Notes: a model not told the origin generated them from the letters alone. A stretch of 64,000 bases of DNA from Bacteroidaceae bacterium (GCA_017933995.1 JAGBKI010000022.1:1746-65745); one strand, 5' to 3'. Shown: positions 41,191-51,372, numbered from the stretch's first letter. Program-made: numbers and translations.

Positions 41191-41294
41191 AGGTTTAAGG
41201 AAGTTTAAAAGGTTTAAGGGGTTTAATCCATCCGGCACGGGCACTGCGATGTGTCCTTGCCGGATGAATTAAACCCCTTAAACTTCTTAAACCT
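41191..41294. repeat. Long inverted repeat built from 9-mer (ggtttaagg) units, probably a bidirectional terminator
   Basis: aggggtttaatccatccggca..tgccggatgaattaaacccct arms between convergent genes. Confidence 0.7.
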
Positions 41295-41308
41295 GACTAC
41301 CTGCGTTT

Positions 41309-42373
41309 TCACACCTGGTCGGGGTTAAGCGTGTCGTGCGTAAGCACGAAAGCCTGGATGGTCTGCATAAAGGCGTAGAGCACCACGACGAGTTTGCCGT
41401 AGACCTCCTCGCGGAAAGCGTAGACAATACAAGGAAAGAGCAGAATCTCGATGACGCCCGTCACCTCGCTCAAGCGGAATGCCATCACGGGCAGGAAAGA
41501 GAAAATGAGGAACGTGCAAATGCTGTAGACGAACACCTTGAGATAGAGCGTGAGCCACGGCGCGCGCTCGGCAATGATGTTGCGCTTCCACAGGATGAAG
41601 TAGAAAATGGCCAGCTTCGAGAGGAAAACGATGTTGAAACTGTTCACCTCGTCGCCCATCACACCCGAGTCGCGCAGTTTCTCGTAGAGGTCGATGCGGA
41701 CCTGCAACTGCGGGATGGGCAGCATCACAATAGGGTCGATGTGCAGCAAGTTAATCATCAGTGCACCCGCCGGGAGCAGCGCCAGCACCCACGTGCCCCA
41801 CTTGCCCAGCGGCTTCGCGCCCATAAAGAGCAGCGGCAGGTAGGCCACGGCGGTGGAGTGGAAGAAGATGGCCAGCAGGTAGAGCAGCAGCGTGACGCCT
41901 TTCTGTCCGCGCGCGTGGAACGACAGGGCGAAGAGAAAGATGCCCGTCGAGACCGCGATGCGTATCTGCGTAAAATCCTGGTAGATGAAGTAGTAGCCCA
42001 TCCACGTGACAAGCGTCAGCATCCAGTAGCGCGAGGCGCGCGCCATACCCACAGCCTTGATGGGGATGGCCAGCAGGGCGTAGACCACGAAGAGCACGCG
42101 CGGCTCGTCGGTGAAGCGGCGAATTGTGTCGACGATGAGGTTGAACGAGAGTTCCATCTCCACGTCGTCGTTGGTCTGCCCGTTGAACAGCGCGACGTAG
42201 TTGAGCGAATCGTTGTCGAAGCCGATGGGGCGGAAAGCCGCGATGCAAAACATCACCATCACAAACACCACGTAGGCCAACTGCTCGTAGCGGTTCTTCT
42301 CCGCCTCGTCGCGCTCAATGAAAGCGAACGAAGCGCAGACAGCCATGATGAAAAAGTAGGCGGGAATGAACAT
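41309..42373 (-). CDS. EpsG-family polysaccharide polymerase (Wzy-like)
   Basis: AFRPIGFDNDSLNY, QIR, AIFFHSTA and FRLSE; multi-TM. Confidence 0.8.
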   Translation of the reverse strand: MFIPAYFFIMAVCASFAFIERDEAEKNRYEQLAYVVFVMVMFCIAAFRPIGFDNDSLNYVALFNGQTNDDVEMELSFNLIVDTIRRFTDEPRVLFVVYALLAIPIKAVGMARASRYWMLTLVTWMGYYFIYQDFTQIRIAVSTGIFLFALSFHARGQKGVTLLLYLLAIFFHSTAVAYLPLLFMGAKPLGKWGTWVLALLPAGALMINLLHIDPIVMLPIPQLQVRIDLYEKLRDSGVMGDEVNSFNIVFLSKLAIFYFILWKRNIIAERAPWLTLYLKVFVYSICTFLIFSFLPVMAFRLSEVTGVIEILLFPCIVYAFREEVYGKLVVVLYAFMQTIQAFVLTHDTLNPDQV

Positions 42374-42546
42374 AGCGGCGACTGTAATGGCTGCAAAAGT
42401 AAAAGTTTTCTTAAAAAAACTTAAGCGTGTTTGCAATAAAACGCCCTTCTCGCTGTTTTATAGATAGGGCGATTCTTAGGAAACTTTTTGCCACCCCCGG
42501 CAAAGCCGCCTGGGGCGGTACGCCCGCTAACCTGAATCGACTGTTA

Positions 42547-43659
42547 ATGAAACGAGTACTCTTTGTTGCGAACTCCGATTGGTTCTCAAACTTCAACGCG
42601 CCCTATATGGCGTGGTTCAAGAACCAGGGCTGGATGGTTGACAACGCCTCGCCGGGCATCGAGGCGGGCGAGGTCGACCACCAGTACGACGTTTGCATAC
42701 AACGCTCCCCATATTCCCTGAAAAACTTCACGGCCTACCGCCAGCTGAAGCGACTCATCGACGCGAACGACTACGACCTCATCCACTGCCACACGCCGAT
42801 GGGCAGCATCCTGGCGCGCCTGGCCGGGCGTGCGGCCAGACGGCGCGGCACGAAAATCATCTACACCGCCCACGGCTTCCACTTCTACAAGGGCGCGCCG
42901 TGGCTCAACTGGGCCGTATACTTCCCCATCGAGCGATTCATGTCGCGCTACACCGACACGCTCGTCACCATCAACCGCGAGGACTACGACCGCGCGCGCC
43001 GCTACGCCATGTACGAGGAGCGCGTCTTCCACATCGACGGCGTGGGCGTCAACCTGGGACGCTTCTACCCGCGCGGCGAAAGCGAGCGCGTGGCCTACCG
43101 CGAGCAACTGCGCCTGGGGCGCGAGGACTTCGTGCTGCTCTACACCGCGCAGTTCGCCCCCGACAAGAACCACCGTGCCCTCATCCGCCAGTTGCCCGCA
43201 CTGCTGGAGCACATCCCGGAACTCAAAGTGGTCTTCGCGGGCAGCGGCCCCATGATGGACCCCGCCAAATCGCTCGTCACCCAACTGGGGCTGAAGGAAC
43301 AGGTGCGCTTCCTGGGACGCCGCTACGACGTCGAGATGCTCTGTGCCATGTCCGACCTACACGTTTCGCCCAGCATCCGCGAGGGACAGGGCCTTAGCAA
43401 CATCGAGGCCATGGCCAGCGGCCTGCCCATCGTCGTGGCCGACAACCGGGGGCATCGCGAGGTGTGCGTCGACGGCGTGAACGGTTTCCTTTTCGACTAC
43501 AAGCACCCCGAAGAGATGGTGCCGCTCATCACGCGTCTCTACGACGACACCGCGCTGCGCCGCCAGATTTCGCGCCAGAACGTGCAGGACGCCAAGCGCT
43601 TCTCCGTCGACCACATCGTCGAGGTGATGGCAAAGATATACAAGGAGACGCTGGAATAG
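42547..43659 (+). CDS. Glycosyltransferase family 4
   Basis: IHCHTP, YTAHGFHF and SPSIREGQGLSNIEAMASGLP motifs. Confidence 0.92.
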   Translation: MKRVLFVANSDWFSNFNAPYMAWFKNQGWMVDNASPGIEAGEVDHQYDVCIQRSPYSLKNFTAYRQLKRLIDANDYDLIHCHTPMGSILARLAGRAARRRGTKIIYTAHGFHFYKGAPWLNWAVYFPIERFMSRYTDTLVTINREDYDRARRYAMYEERVFHIDGVGVNLGRFYPRGESERVAYREQLRLGREDFVLLYTAQFAPDKNHRALIRQLPALLEHIPELKVVFAGSGPMMDPAKSLVTQLGLKEQVRFLGRRYDVEMLCAMSDLHVSPSIREGQGLSNIEAMASGLPIVVADNRGHREVCVDGVNGFLFDYKHPEEMVPLITRLYDDTALRRQISRQNVQDAKRFSVDHIVEVMAKIYKETLE

Positions 43660-43751
43660 GCGTATGGGACGCGGGCGACCCGCCCGCGGGTGGCGCGAGC
43701 CCCCTCGATGGGGGCTAGGGCCACAACCTTTCTGACAACACCTTATTACCT

Positions 43752-44369
43752 ATGCCTCTCCCTGGCACTAATGAACAACACCCTGCCTGGCATTGCAGGA
43801 AGTACCTGCCACACAGGGAGCAAGTGGCGATGCAGACCGTCACGTTCCGTCTCCACGACTCTGTGCCGCGAAATGTTATTGCCGCGTGGAAAGAGGCCAC
43901 AGAAGAGGCGCGCGACAACGGCGAAAAGAAACTACAAAGAGAAGTCCTTAACCGCATTGCCCAGTACGAGGACAGCGGTTATGGACAATGCTTCCTGCAA
44001 GATAGGCGCGTGGCTGAAATGGTGCAGGACACGTTGCTGCACTTTGACGGCGTGAAGTATAGTTTGGTGCGTTGGTGCATCATGCCCAATCACGTCCACT
44101 TGCTCATTGAAGTGGTTCCTGGCACGACGCTATCCAGTATTATGCACAGTATACGCTCGTACACAGCACACCAAGCGAACAAATTGCTTAACCGTACTGG
44201 TAAGTTCTGGATGGAGGAATACTTTGACCGCTTTATCCGCACGGACAAGCATTTCCGCTATGCCTGGGATTACATAGACTACAACCCGGTCAAGGCAGGA
44301 CTGACAGTTTCGCCTCAGGAATGGCCTTGGAGCGCAGCATATGTTAGAGACGGCAGCGGACGTGCATAA
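43752..44369 (+). CDS. REP-associated tyrosine transposase (Y1/HUH, RAYT)
   Basis: YLPH..VTFRL, CIMPNHVHLL (HUH), FWMEEYFDRFIR and YIDYNPVKAGL (catalytic Tyr). Confidence 0.9.
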   Translation: MPLPGTNEQHPAWHCRKYLPHREQVAMQTVTFRLHDSVPRNVIAAWKEATEEARDNGEKKLQREVLNRIAQYEDSGYGQCFLQDRRVAEMVQDTLLHFDGVKYSLVRWCIMPNHVHLLIEVVPGTTLSSIMHSIRSYTAHQANKLLNRTGKFWMEEYFDRFIRTDKHFRYAWDYIDYNPVKAGLTVSPQEWPWSAAYVRDGSGRA

Positions 44370-44417
44370 GACAAAAGTTCCCCACTAATAACGGACACCA
44401 AAGATTCCCCCAACATG

Positions 44418-44450
44418 TTATTGGGAAAGGCATCGAGCCTTTCCCAATAA
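44418..44450. terminator. 14-bp perfect hairpin downstream of the RAYT gene
   Basis: ttattgggaaaggc-atcga-gcctttcccaataa. Confidence 0.65.
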
Positions 44451-44499
44451 CCCGCGGGCGGGTCGCCCGCGTCCCATACGCGCTGCCAACGTGTACTGG

Positions 44500-45750
44500 C
44501 TAACGTTTATTGTAGTAAGCCATCATCCCGCACACAAACGCTTCGGACAGCAGTAGGACGGTGGCGGCACCGACGGTGTGGAACAGGGGGGCGGCGAACA
44601 GCACACCCGTGATGGCGAAGGCCGCCACGAAAAAATAGACGTTGCGGAAGCGCAGGCGGCTCGCGCTGTCGCCCAGCGCCACAAGGCCGAACTGCCCGTA
44701 GACGCCGCCCAGCGAAATGAACACGGGCGTGAAGGCGAAGATGCGCAGCAGCGTGGCCAGCCCCTCGTAGCCTCCGCCCAGCCAGGCCTCGGCGTAGGGC
44801 GCGCCGACGAACAGCACCAACCCGATGCCCGCCATCGACAGCAGCACGATGCGCTTCACCAAGGCGAACTTCTTCAGCGCTTCGCCGCGCATACGCTCCG
44901 ACAGCGCGCTGATTTGGGGGAAGAACGCCTGGCTCAGCGGCTGGTACACCAGGAAACACAGCGCGCGCATGATGCGCTCCGCCGCCGTATAGCTGCCCAC
45001 CTCGGCCTCCGTGCAGAACAGACCCAGGATGACGGCAAAGAGTTGCGTGTAGACGCTCGTCGAAGTCTGCGAGAGGAAGAGAGGGAAACTGTCGGCAGCC
45101 TCGCGGCGCATCGTGGCGCGGCTCACCACGGGGCGGCCCACTACGTGCAGCCGGTAGAGCCACACGCCCGTCAGCACCGCCGCCAGCAGGAAGACGCTGG
45201 CCTGTAGGAACGCCGCCAGGGCGTAGTCCTCGGGGCCGCGCACCAGCCACAGCACCAGCGGCAGCATGGCCACCTTGCACAGGATGTTGATGACGCTCAT
45301 CGTGCGCACCTTGCCGATGCCCTGGAACAGCCAGGTGAACGTGAACGTGTGGCCCACAATCTGCGGCACGGTCATCCACACCGCCAGGCGGTACGTCGCG
45401 AACTGCGGCACGAGCATCATCACCGCCACCAGCACGGCCAACGACGCCACCAGCAGCAGCGACTTCACCCACACCACCGACCAGAACAGTTCCGTCAGCC
45501 TTCGGCGGTCGCCCTTGGCCAGCGCAGCACTTTTCGTCGCGCTGAGGTTGAAGCCGAAATCTACGATAATAATAAGGTACTGCGCCGCACTGAGCGCGAA
45601 GCCCACGCGCCCGTAACCCGCCGCGCCGAGCGTCATCATCAGGTAAGGGATGATGATGACGGGCACCAGCAGGTTGGCTCCTTGCAGAGCCATCAGGAAC
45701 AGCGTGTCGACCAGTTCCTTGCGGTTCGACTTTAAGGCGGAAGAGTTCAA
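44500..45750 (-). CDS. Polysaccharide flippase (Wzx)
   Basis: IIPYL..LG..GYG, IVDFGFNLSA, WLFQG and VGSYTAAERI; about 12 TM segments; start uncertain (TTG 45750 chosen). Confidence 0.85.
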   Translation of the reverse strand: MNSSALKSNRKELVDTLFLMALQGANLLVPVIIIPYLMMTLGAAGYGRVGFALSAAQYLIIIVDFGFNLSATKSAALAKGDRRRLTELFWSVVWVKSLLLVASLAVLVAVMMLVPQFATYRLAVWMTVPQIVGHTFTFTWLFQGIGKVRTMSVINILCKVAMLPLVLWLVRGPEDYALAAFLQASVFLLAAVLTGVWLYRLHVVGRPVVSRATMRREAADSFPLFLSQTSTSVYTQLFAVILGLFCTEAEVGSYTAAERIMRALCFLVYQPLSQAFFPQISALSERMRGEALKKFALVKRIVLLSMAGIGLVLFVGAPYAEAWLGGGYEGLATLLRIFAFTPVFISLGGVYGQFGLVALGDSASRLRFRNVYFFVAAFAITGVLFAAPLFHTVGAATVLLLSEAFVCGMMAYYNKR

Positions 45751-45981
45751 AGCGGCGGTTTGTAGCAGGTTTAAGCGGCGCAAAAGTAGCCATAAACGCG
45801 CCCGCTGCCAACTCCGCAAGGCAAAATGTGCCGCCTCCGCCCCCGCACCGCGCCCTCGGCGTACATCCCCCGCCCTCCCCCACCCCGCCGTTTGCGCGCC
45901 GCGCGCTATCTTTGCGCCCCAGATAAACACACCGCAAGGCTTAAACCTCATTAAACCTCTTAAACCCCTTAAACCTCAATA

Positions 45982-46818
45982 ATGACCGTCCTCACGTTCA
46001 CCCTCATCCTGCTGGCGGGCGCGTACTGCGCCGGGCTGCTCGGCTCGCTCACCGGGCTGGGCGGCGGCGTCATCGTCATCCCGCTACTCACGCTGTGTCT
46101 CGGCGTGGACTTCCACTACGCCGTCGGAGCCGCCCTGGTGGCCAGCATCGCCACGTCGAGCGGTTCCGGCAGCGCATACGTCAAGGAGGGCATCACCAAC
46201 ATACGCCTCGGCATGTTCCTCGAAATCGCCACTTGCATCGGCGCAGCCATCGGCGCACTCATCGCCGTGTGGCTCGACAACAACGTCATTGCTGTCATCT
46301 TCGGCCTGGTGCTCATCCTGACCGCCGCCAACCAACTGCGCAAAAAGGGAGAGCACACCAATGTCCGTGGCAGCGAGGCCGCGCGACGCCTGAAACTCTT
46401 CGGCTCGTACCCCCTCAAGGACGGCACGCAGCAGCCCTACGAACTGACCAACGTGGCGGGCGGCTTCTCGCTGATGGCCGTGGCGGGCGCGCTGAGCGGC
46501 ATACTCGGCATCGGCAGCGGCGTGCTCAAGGTACTGGCTATGGACACCGTGATGAAGGTTCCGTTCAAGGTGAGCACCACGACGAGCAACTTTATGATGG
46601 GCATCACCGCCGTGACCAGCGCCGTGGTCTACCTGCAACGCGGCAACATCGAGCCGGGCATCGCCTTCCCCGTGCTGGTGGGCGTGCTGAGCGGCGCGCT
46701 GACCGGCGCGCGCCTGCTCCAGGTGCTCGACGTGCGCCTGCTGCGCCGCATCTTCAGTTTCGCCATCCTCCTCGTCGCCGCCAATATGATTTGGAACGGG
46801 GCGAGCGGGAAGTTTTGA
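45982..46818 (+). CDS. TauE/SafE family sulfite exporter
   Basis: GLLGSLTGLGGG and repeated SGILGIGSG..STTTSNFM. Confidence 0.9.
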   Translation: MTVLTFTLILLAGAYCAGLLGSLTGLGGGVIVIPLLTLCLGVDFHYAVGAALVASIATSSGSGSAYVKEGITNIRLGMFLEIATCIGAAIGALIAVWLDNNVIAVIFGLVLILTAANQLRKKGEHTNVRGSEAARRLKLFGSYPLKDGTQQPYELTNVAGGFSLMAVAGALSGILGIGSGVLKVLAMDTVMKVPFKVSTTTSNFMMGITAVTSAVVYLQRGNIEPGIAFPVLVGVLSGALTGARLLQVLDVRLLRRIFSFAILLVAANMIWNGASGKF

Positions 46819-46920
46819 GTTTATCAGTTTATTAGTTAATCAGTTGATGAGTTGGTTGGCAAAGTCCCCAGAAAGCCCAGCCACCCCATTAAGCCCAGCC
46901 ACCCCATACCCCCCAGCCTT

Positions 46921-47286
46921 ATGAAAGACCTCCGCAACACCATCGGCAACACGCTGCGCTACGGCGTGCTGACCGCCTGCCTCGTCACCCTTGTGGGCGG
47001 CGCGGTGTATATGTTCCAGCACGGCGGCGACCCAGCGCCCGACTACAGCCGCTTCGCCGGGCGCATCGCCTCCTACACCACGCCCGCCGGCATCTTCGGC
47101 GGCTTCTTCCGCTTCTCGGCCTACGGCCTCATCCAGGTGGGCGTCATCGCCCTGCTGCTCACGCCCATTATGCGCGTCGTGCTCTCGCTCATCGACTTCG
47201 TGCAGCAGCGAGACTGGCTCTACGCCGCCATCACCAGCCTGGTGCTGGCCGTCATCTTCGTCAACAGCATCGCCTCGCCGATGTAA
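46921..47286 (+). CDS. DUF1634 membrane protein
   Basis: LRYGV and LLLTPIMRV motifs; the usual partner of TauE/SafE genes. Confidence 0.8.
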   Translation: MKDLRNTIGNTLRYGVLTACLVTLVGGAVYMFQHGGDPAPDYSRFAGRIASYTTPAGIFGGFFRFSAYGLIQVGVIALLLTPIMRVVLSLIDFVQQRDWLYAAITSLVLAVIFVNSIASPM

Positions 47287-47391
47287 GCCTTATAGTCCCC
47301 GCACAAGGAGCTACACGACAACTAAATAGTTTTATTGCCGCAGTATGCTTGATTTTCCGTACCTTTGCGGCCAAAAACAGAAAGAGACACA

Positions 47392-48528
47392 ATGTCCGTG
47401 ACCATAAAGAAGGTGGAAACGAAGCGCGAACTGAAACGTTTCATCCGCTTCAACTACGAACTCTACAAGGACAACCCCTACAGCGTGCCTGACCTCTACG
47501 AGGACATGCTCAGCACGTTCTCGCCCGACAAGAACCCGGCTTTCGAGTTCTGCGAGGCCGACTATTTCCTGGCCTTCGACGACCGGGGGCAAACAGTGGG
47601 ACGCGTGGCGGCCATCATCAACCGCCGCGCCAACGAGACGTGGGGCAAGCAGGCCGTGCGCTTCGGCTGGATTGACTTCATCGACGACATCAGCGTGAGC
47701 CGCGCGCTCATCGACACCGTGGCGGCCTGGGGGCGCGAGCGCGGCATGGAGACACTCGAAGGCCCGCTGGGCTTCACCGATATGGACGCCGAGGGTATGC
47801 TCGTCGAGGGCTTCGAGGAACTCTCCACCATCGCCACCATCTACAACCACCCCTACTACCCCCAGCACATGGAGCGCCTCGGGCTGGTGAAGGCCGCCGA
47901 CTGGGTGGAGCGCAAGATATACATTCCCGACGCCATCCCCGAGAAGCACCAGCGCATCGCCGACATCGTGCAGCGCAAGTACGGCCTGCGCATTCGCAAA
48001 GTCCGTTCCAAGAAAGAGGTTTACGAGAACAACACCGCCCACCGCATCTTCCGGCTGGTCAACGAGGCTTACGCCCCGCTCTTCGGCTATTCCAAGATGA
48101 CCGAGCGGCAGATTGACGGCTACGTCAAGCAGTACATTCCCATCCTCGACCTGCGTATGGTCACTATCGTGGAAGACACCGAGGGCGAGATGGTGGCCGT
48201 GGGTATCTCGATGCCCTCGCTCTCGCGTGCCTTGCAGCGGGCGCGGGGCAAACTGCTGCCCTTCGGCTGGTTCCACCTGCTGCGCGCCCTGAAGTGGAAG
48301 CACGACGAGATGCTCGACCTGCTGCTCATCGCCGTGCGCCCTGACTACCAGGGCAAAGGTGCCAACGCCCTGCTCTTCACCGACCTCATCCCCGTTTACC
48401 AGCAGCTGGGCTTCAAGTATGCCGAGAGCAATCCCGAACTGGAGCAGAACGGCAAGGTGCAGGGACAGTGGCAGTATTTCGAGAACGTGCAGCACAAACG
48501 CCGCCGCTGTTTTACGAAAAAGATATAA
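47392..48528 (+). CDS. GNAT-family N-acetyltransferase (YghO-like)
   Basis: GRVAAIIN, GPLGFTD..GMLVEGF, YNHPYY and VRPDYQGKG motifs. Confidence 0.8.
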   Translation: MSVTIKKVETKRELKRFIRFNYELYKDNPYSVPDLYEDMLSTFSPDKNPAFEFCEADYFLAFDDRGQTVGRVAAIINRRANETWGKQAVRFGWIDFIDDISVSRALIDTVAAWGRERGMETLEGPLGFTDMDAEGMLVEGFEELSTIATIYNHPYYPQHMERLGLVKAADWVERKIYIPDAIPEKHQRIADIVQRKYGLRIRKVRSKKEVYENNTAHRIFRLVNEAYAPLFGYSKMTERQIDGYVKQYIPILDLRMVTIVEDTEGEMVAVGISMPSLSRALQRARGKLLPFGWFHLLRALKWKHDEMLDLLLIAVRPDYQGKGANALLFTDLIPVYQQLGFKYAESNPELEQNGKVQGQWQYFENVQHKRRRCFTKKI

Positions 48529-48550
48529 CAACCGCATACGACATAGAAAC

Positions 48551-48589
48551 AAGAAGAAGCCTCGTCTTACGGAACGAGGCTTCTTCTTT
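48551..48589. terminator. Bidirectional terminator
   Basis: aagaagaagcctcgt..acgaggcttcttctt stem between convergent genes. Confidence 0.75.
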
Positions 48590-48693
48590 CTTTATATGGA
48601 ATATCCCCTTATCACAAGCCGAAAAAGAACGGCGGCCGCACTTCCCAGGAAGGAACTGCGGCCACCGTAATGTTTTCGAACTATAAATCAGCC

Positions 48694-49215
48694 TTAGAAG
48701 TTGTAGTAGAGGCCGAACGTAAGTTCGTTACCGTCGAGGTTAAAGCCAAAACCGTCATTGCTGTGGATGGCGTAGTCGTTGGAGTCACGATAGCCAAGGA
48801 AACCGATGTGGCTCACGAAGCTCAGTTTCTCAGTAAGGTTCACGGCTACACCGGGCTTAATGCCAACGCCCCAGACGGTAGCGGCGTCGTAGCCCTTCAC
48901 CTTCTGGGTGGCAAACTCGAAACCACCGTCAGCAAACACGCTCACAGGGCCGAACTTGGCAAAAGTGTAGCGGGCGTAGGGGTTCACACCGACGGAGTTC
49001 ACCTTCGTGCCATCAAGGTAGTTGTACTCGTAGCCCACGGCCACACCAAGCGCCCATTTGTCGCTCAGTACGTAGCCCACCTCGGGCTGGATGGAGAACT
49101 GCGTCTCATTCTGTGTGGGGTTGCGCCAAGCGCCAACCTCGCCGCCAAGGAAAACCTGGGCGTTTGCAGAGAGCGTCATCAACGCCACAACTGCGGTGAG
49201 AAGCATCTTTTTCAT
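48694..49215 (-). CDS. Outer-membrane beta-barrel protein (OmpA-like, small barrel)
   Basis: Signal peptide ending ANA-Q, alternating beta strands, C-terminal YYNF. Confidence 0.85.
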   Translation of the reverse strand: MKKMLLTAVVALMTLSANAQVFLGGEVGAWRNPTQNETQFSIQPEVGYVLSDKWALGVAVGYEYNYLDGTKVNSVGVNPYARYTFAKFGPVSVFADGGFEFATQKVKGYDAATVWGVGIKPGVAVNLTEKLSFVSHIGFLGYRDSNDYAIHSNDGFGFNLDGNELTFGLYYNF

Positions 49216-49525
49216 AAAATCTTTTTGTTTTAGTGAAACATTAGGTTGTCGTTAGACGGCGCAAAAGTAGGGCAAAACCTATATAACACGCTAAGTTTTG
49301 CTCAAAAAAGCAGTTCTATTGGGCTTATAGACCACTTCCAAAGCGTTTTTAGCAACTCCGATATAAACTTTTACAAACCAGTCCTTGCAAAAGCGTCTGC
49401 TTGAACGCCCTAAAACATAAAAAAACGATGCCCGCAGCATCTACAAAAGCGCTTCAAAGGGGCAAGTATGACGAAAAAACAACTGCCATCATACTCAAAT
49501 CCATGATTTTATATACCTTTGCGCC

Positions 49526-50302
49526 GTGAAAATAAAGGAAGCTGTTCGCGCCCTTGAACTTTTCGCGCCTCTGCCCCTGCAAGAGAGCTATGACAATGCT
49601 GGCTTGCAGATTGGATTAACAGAGCGTGAGCTGTCAGGGGCATTATTGTGTTTAGACGTCACGGAAGAGACCGTGGCGGAGGCTGTGGCCAAGGGCTGCA
49701 ACCTCATTGTGGCGCACCACCCGCTGCTGTTTCGCGGGCTGAAGTGCGTCAGCGACGCGGACTATGTGCAACGCACCGTCCGCGCGGCCATCAGGGCCGA
49801 CGTGGCGATTTACGCCGCCCACACCAACCTCGACAACGCGCGCGGCGGGGTGAACTTCCGCGCTGCCGAAATGCTGGGTTTGCAAGGAGCCGATTTCCTG
49901 CGCCCCCTGCCGGGCGTCGAGGGGGGCAGCGGTGTGGTTGGCGACCTACCCGAGGCTGTCGGCACGGAGGCGTTCCTTAATATAATACGGAGTGCGTTCG
50001 GCGTGGAGCGCATCGAGGCCAACCTGGCGCAGCCCGCTGCGATACGTCGCGTGGCCTTCTGCGGCGGAGCGGGCGACTTCCTCATCGACGACGCCGTACG
50101 CGCCGGAGCCGACGCATTTGTGACGGGCGAGGTGGGCTACCACCACTTCTTCGGCCACGACGACGAACTGCTTGTCTGCGCCCTGGGCCACCACGACAGC
50201 GAGTGGCACGCCGCCGCCCTGCTGCGTGACATCCTGCGCCCCGCCTGTCCCGGTGTCCCCCTGCTACTTGCCGAAAGGCGCAGGCCGACAAGAAACCTCT
50301 GA
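49526..50302 (+). CDS. Nif3-like dinuclear metal centre protein
   Basis: ESYDNAGL, AHHPLLF, AAHTNLD and GHHDSE motifs; GTG start. Confidence 0.92.
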   Translation: MKIKEAVRALELFAPLPLQESYDNAGLQIGLTERELSGALLCLDVTEETVAEAVAKGCNLIVAHHPLLFRGLKCVSDADYVQRTVRAAIRADVAIYAAHTNLDNARGGVNFRAAEMLGLQGADFLRPLPGVEGGSGVVGDLPEAVGTEAFLNIIRSAFGVERIEANLAQPAAIRRVAFCGGAGDFLIDDAVRAGADAFVTGEVGYHHFFGHDDELLVCALGHHDSEWHAAALLRDILRPACPGVPLLLAERRRPTRNL

Positions 50303-50344
50303 ACCTCCCCCTTTTCAAGCAAACAAACAACAAAACCAATAATT

Positions 50345-51163
50345 ATGGCAAAGAAAACAATCGGTCGCGAAATGACCGTGGAGCAGAAGCTCGAAGCACT
50401 GTTCAAGCTCCAGACCATCCTATCGCAAATCGACGAAATCCGCACGCTGCGCGGCGAGCTGCCGCTTGAGGTGCAAGACCTTGAGGACGAAATCGAGGGT
50501 CTGACCACCCGCATCGGCAAGCTCAACGATGAGAGCGAGACGCTCAAGGGCGACATCGCCGTGATGCGCGGCCAGATAGCTGAAGCGCAAGCCCTCGTGG
50601 AGCGCTATAACGAGCAGCTCAACGACGTGAAGAACAACCGCGAGTACGACATGCTCAACAAGGAGATTGAGTACCAGAACCTCGACATCCAGCTACAGGA
50701 GAAGCGCATCCGCGAGGCAGAGGCCGGTATCAAGGAGCGTTCGGAGACACTTGTCGAGAGCCGCCAGACGCTCGACGACCGCCGCGCCGACCTCGACGTG
50801 AAGAAGGCCGAGCTTGACGAAATCGTGGCCGAGACGCGCGCCGAAGAGGAGAAACTGCGCGAAAAGGCCAACACGCTCGAAATGACCATCGAGCCGCGCC
50901 TGCTGACCAGTTTCAAGCGCATCCGCCGCAACAGCCGCAACGGCCTGGGCATCGTCTATGTGCAGCGCGACGCCTGCGGCGGCTGCTTCAACAAAATACC
51001 GCCCCAGCGCCAGCTCGACATCCGTATGCGCAAGAAGATTATCGTCTGCGAGTACTGCGGCCGCATTATGATTGACCCCGAACTGGCCGGCGTCAAAATT
51101 GAGAAACCCGTCGAGAAGCCCAAGCGCAAGCGTCCGTCGAGGGCGAAGAAGACGGAGGAGTAA
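50345..51163 (+). CDS. Coiled-coil C4 zinc-ribbon protein (DUF164-like)
   Basis: Long coiled coil plus CGGC..CEYC; usual neighbour of Nif3 genes. Confidence 0.9.
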   Translation: MAKKTIGREMTVEQKLEALFKLQTILSQIDEIRTLRGELPLEVQDLEDEIEGLTTRIGKLNDESETLKGDIAVMRGQIAEAQALVERYNEQLNDVKNNREYDMLNKEIEYQNLDIQLQEKRIREAEAGIKERSETLVESRQTLDDRRADLDVKKAELDEIVAETRAEEEKLREKANTLEMTIEPRLLTSFKRIRRNSRNGLGIVYVQRDACGGCFNKIPPQRQLDIRMRKKIIVCEYCGRIMIDPELAGVKIEKPVEKPKRKRPSRAKKTEE

Positions 51164-51372
51164 CTTCCAAGTGAATAGTTAAAAGTGAATAGTGAAAAGT
51201 TGAGTTTCTTTTTACGGCTGCTCTCCAAAACGTCGCAAACACTAACTCCACTTTTCGCTCGGCTTTGCCGCTTTGCTCTGCAAAGTAACCGCGAAGCGCT
51301 TGCAGGGCAAGTAATCGCGAAGCGCTTTGCTCAGCAAAGAACTTTTATCTTTTATCGTTTAACTCAACAGCA

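Larger units (their letters stand above)
43660..44481. mobile_element. RAYT unit bounded by perfect 32-bp inverted REP-like ends
   Basis: gcgtatgggacgcgggcgacccgcccgcgggt (43660-43691) and its exact reverse complement (44450-44481). Confidence 0.8.

Noticed and set aside
43660-44481. Classical DDE insertion sequence with terminal inverted repeats
   Set aside because: The ORF has HUH/Tyr motifs rather than DDE, and there is no target-site duplication
48670-49233. 187-aa plus-strand ORF
   Set aside because: Antisense shadow of the beta-barrel gene, which has the signal peptide, terminal Phe and an upstream -7 box
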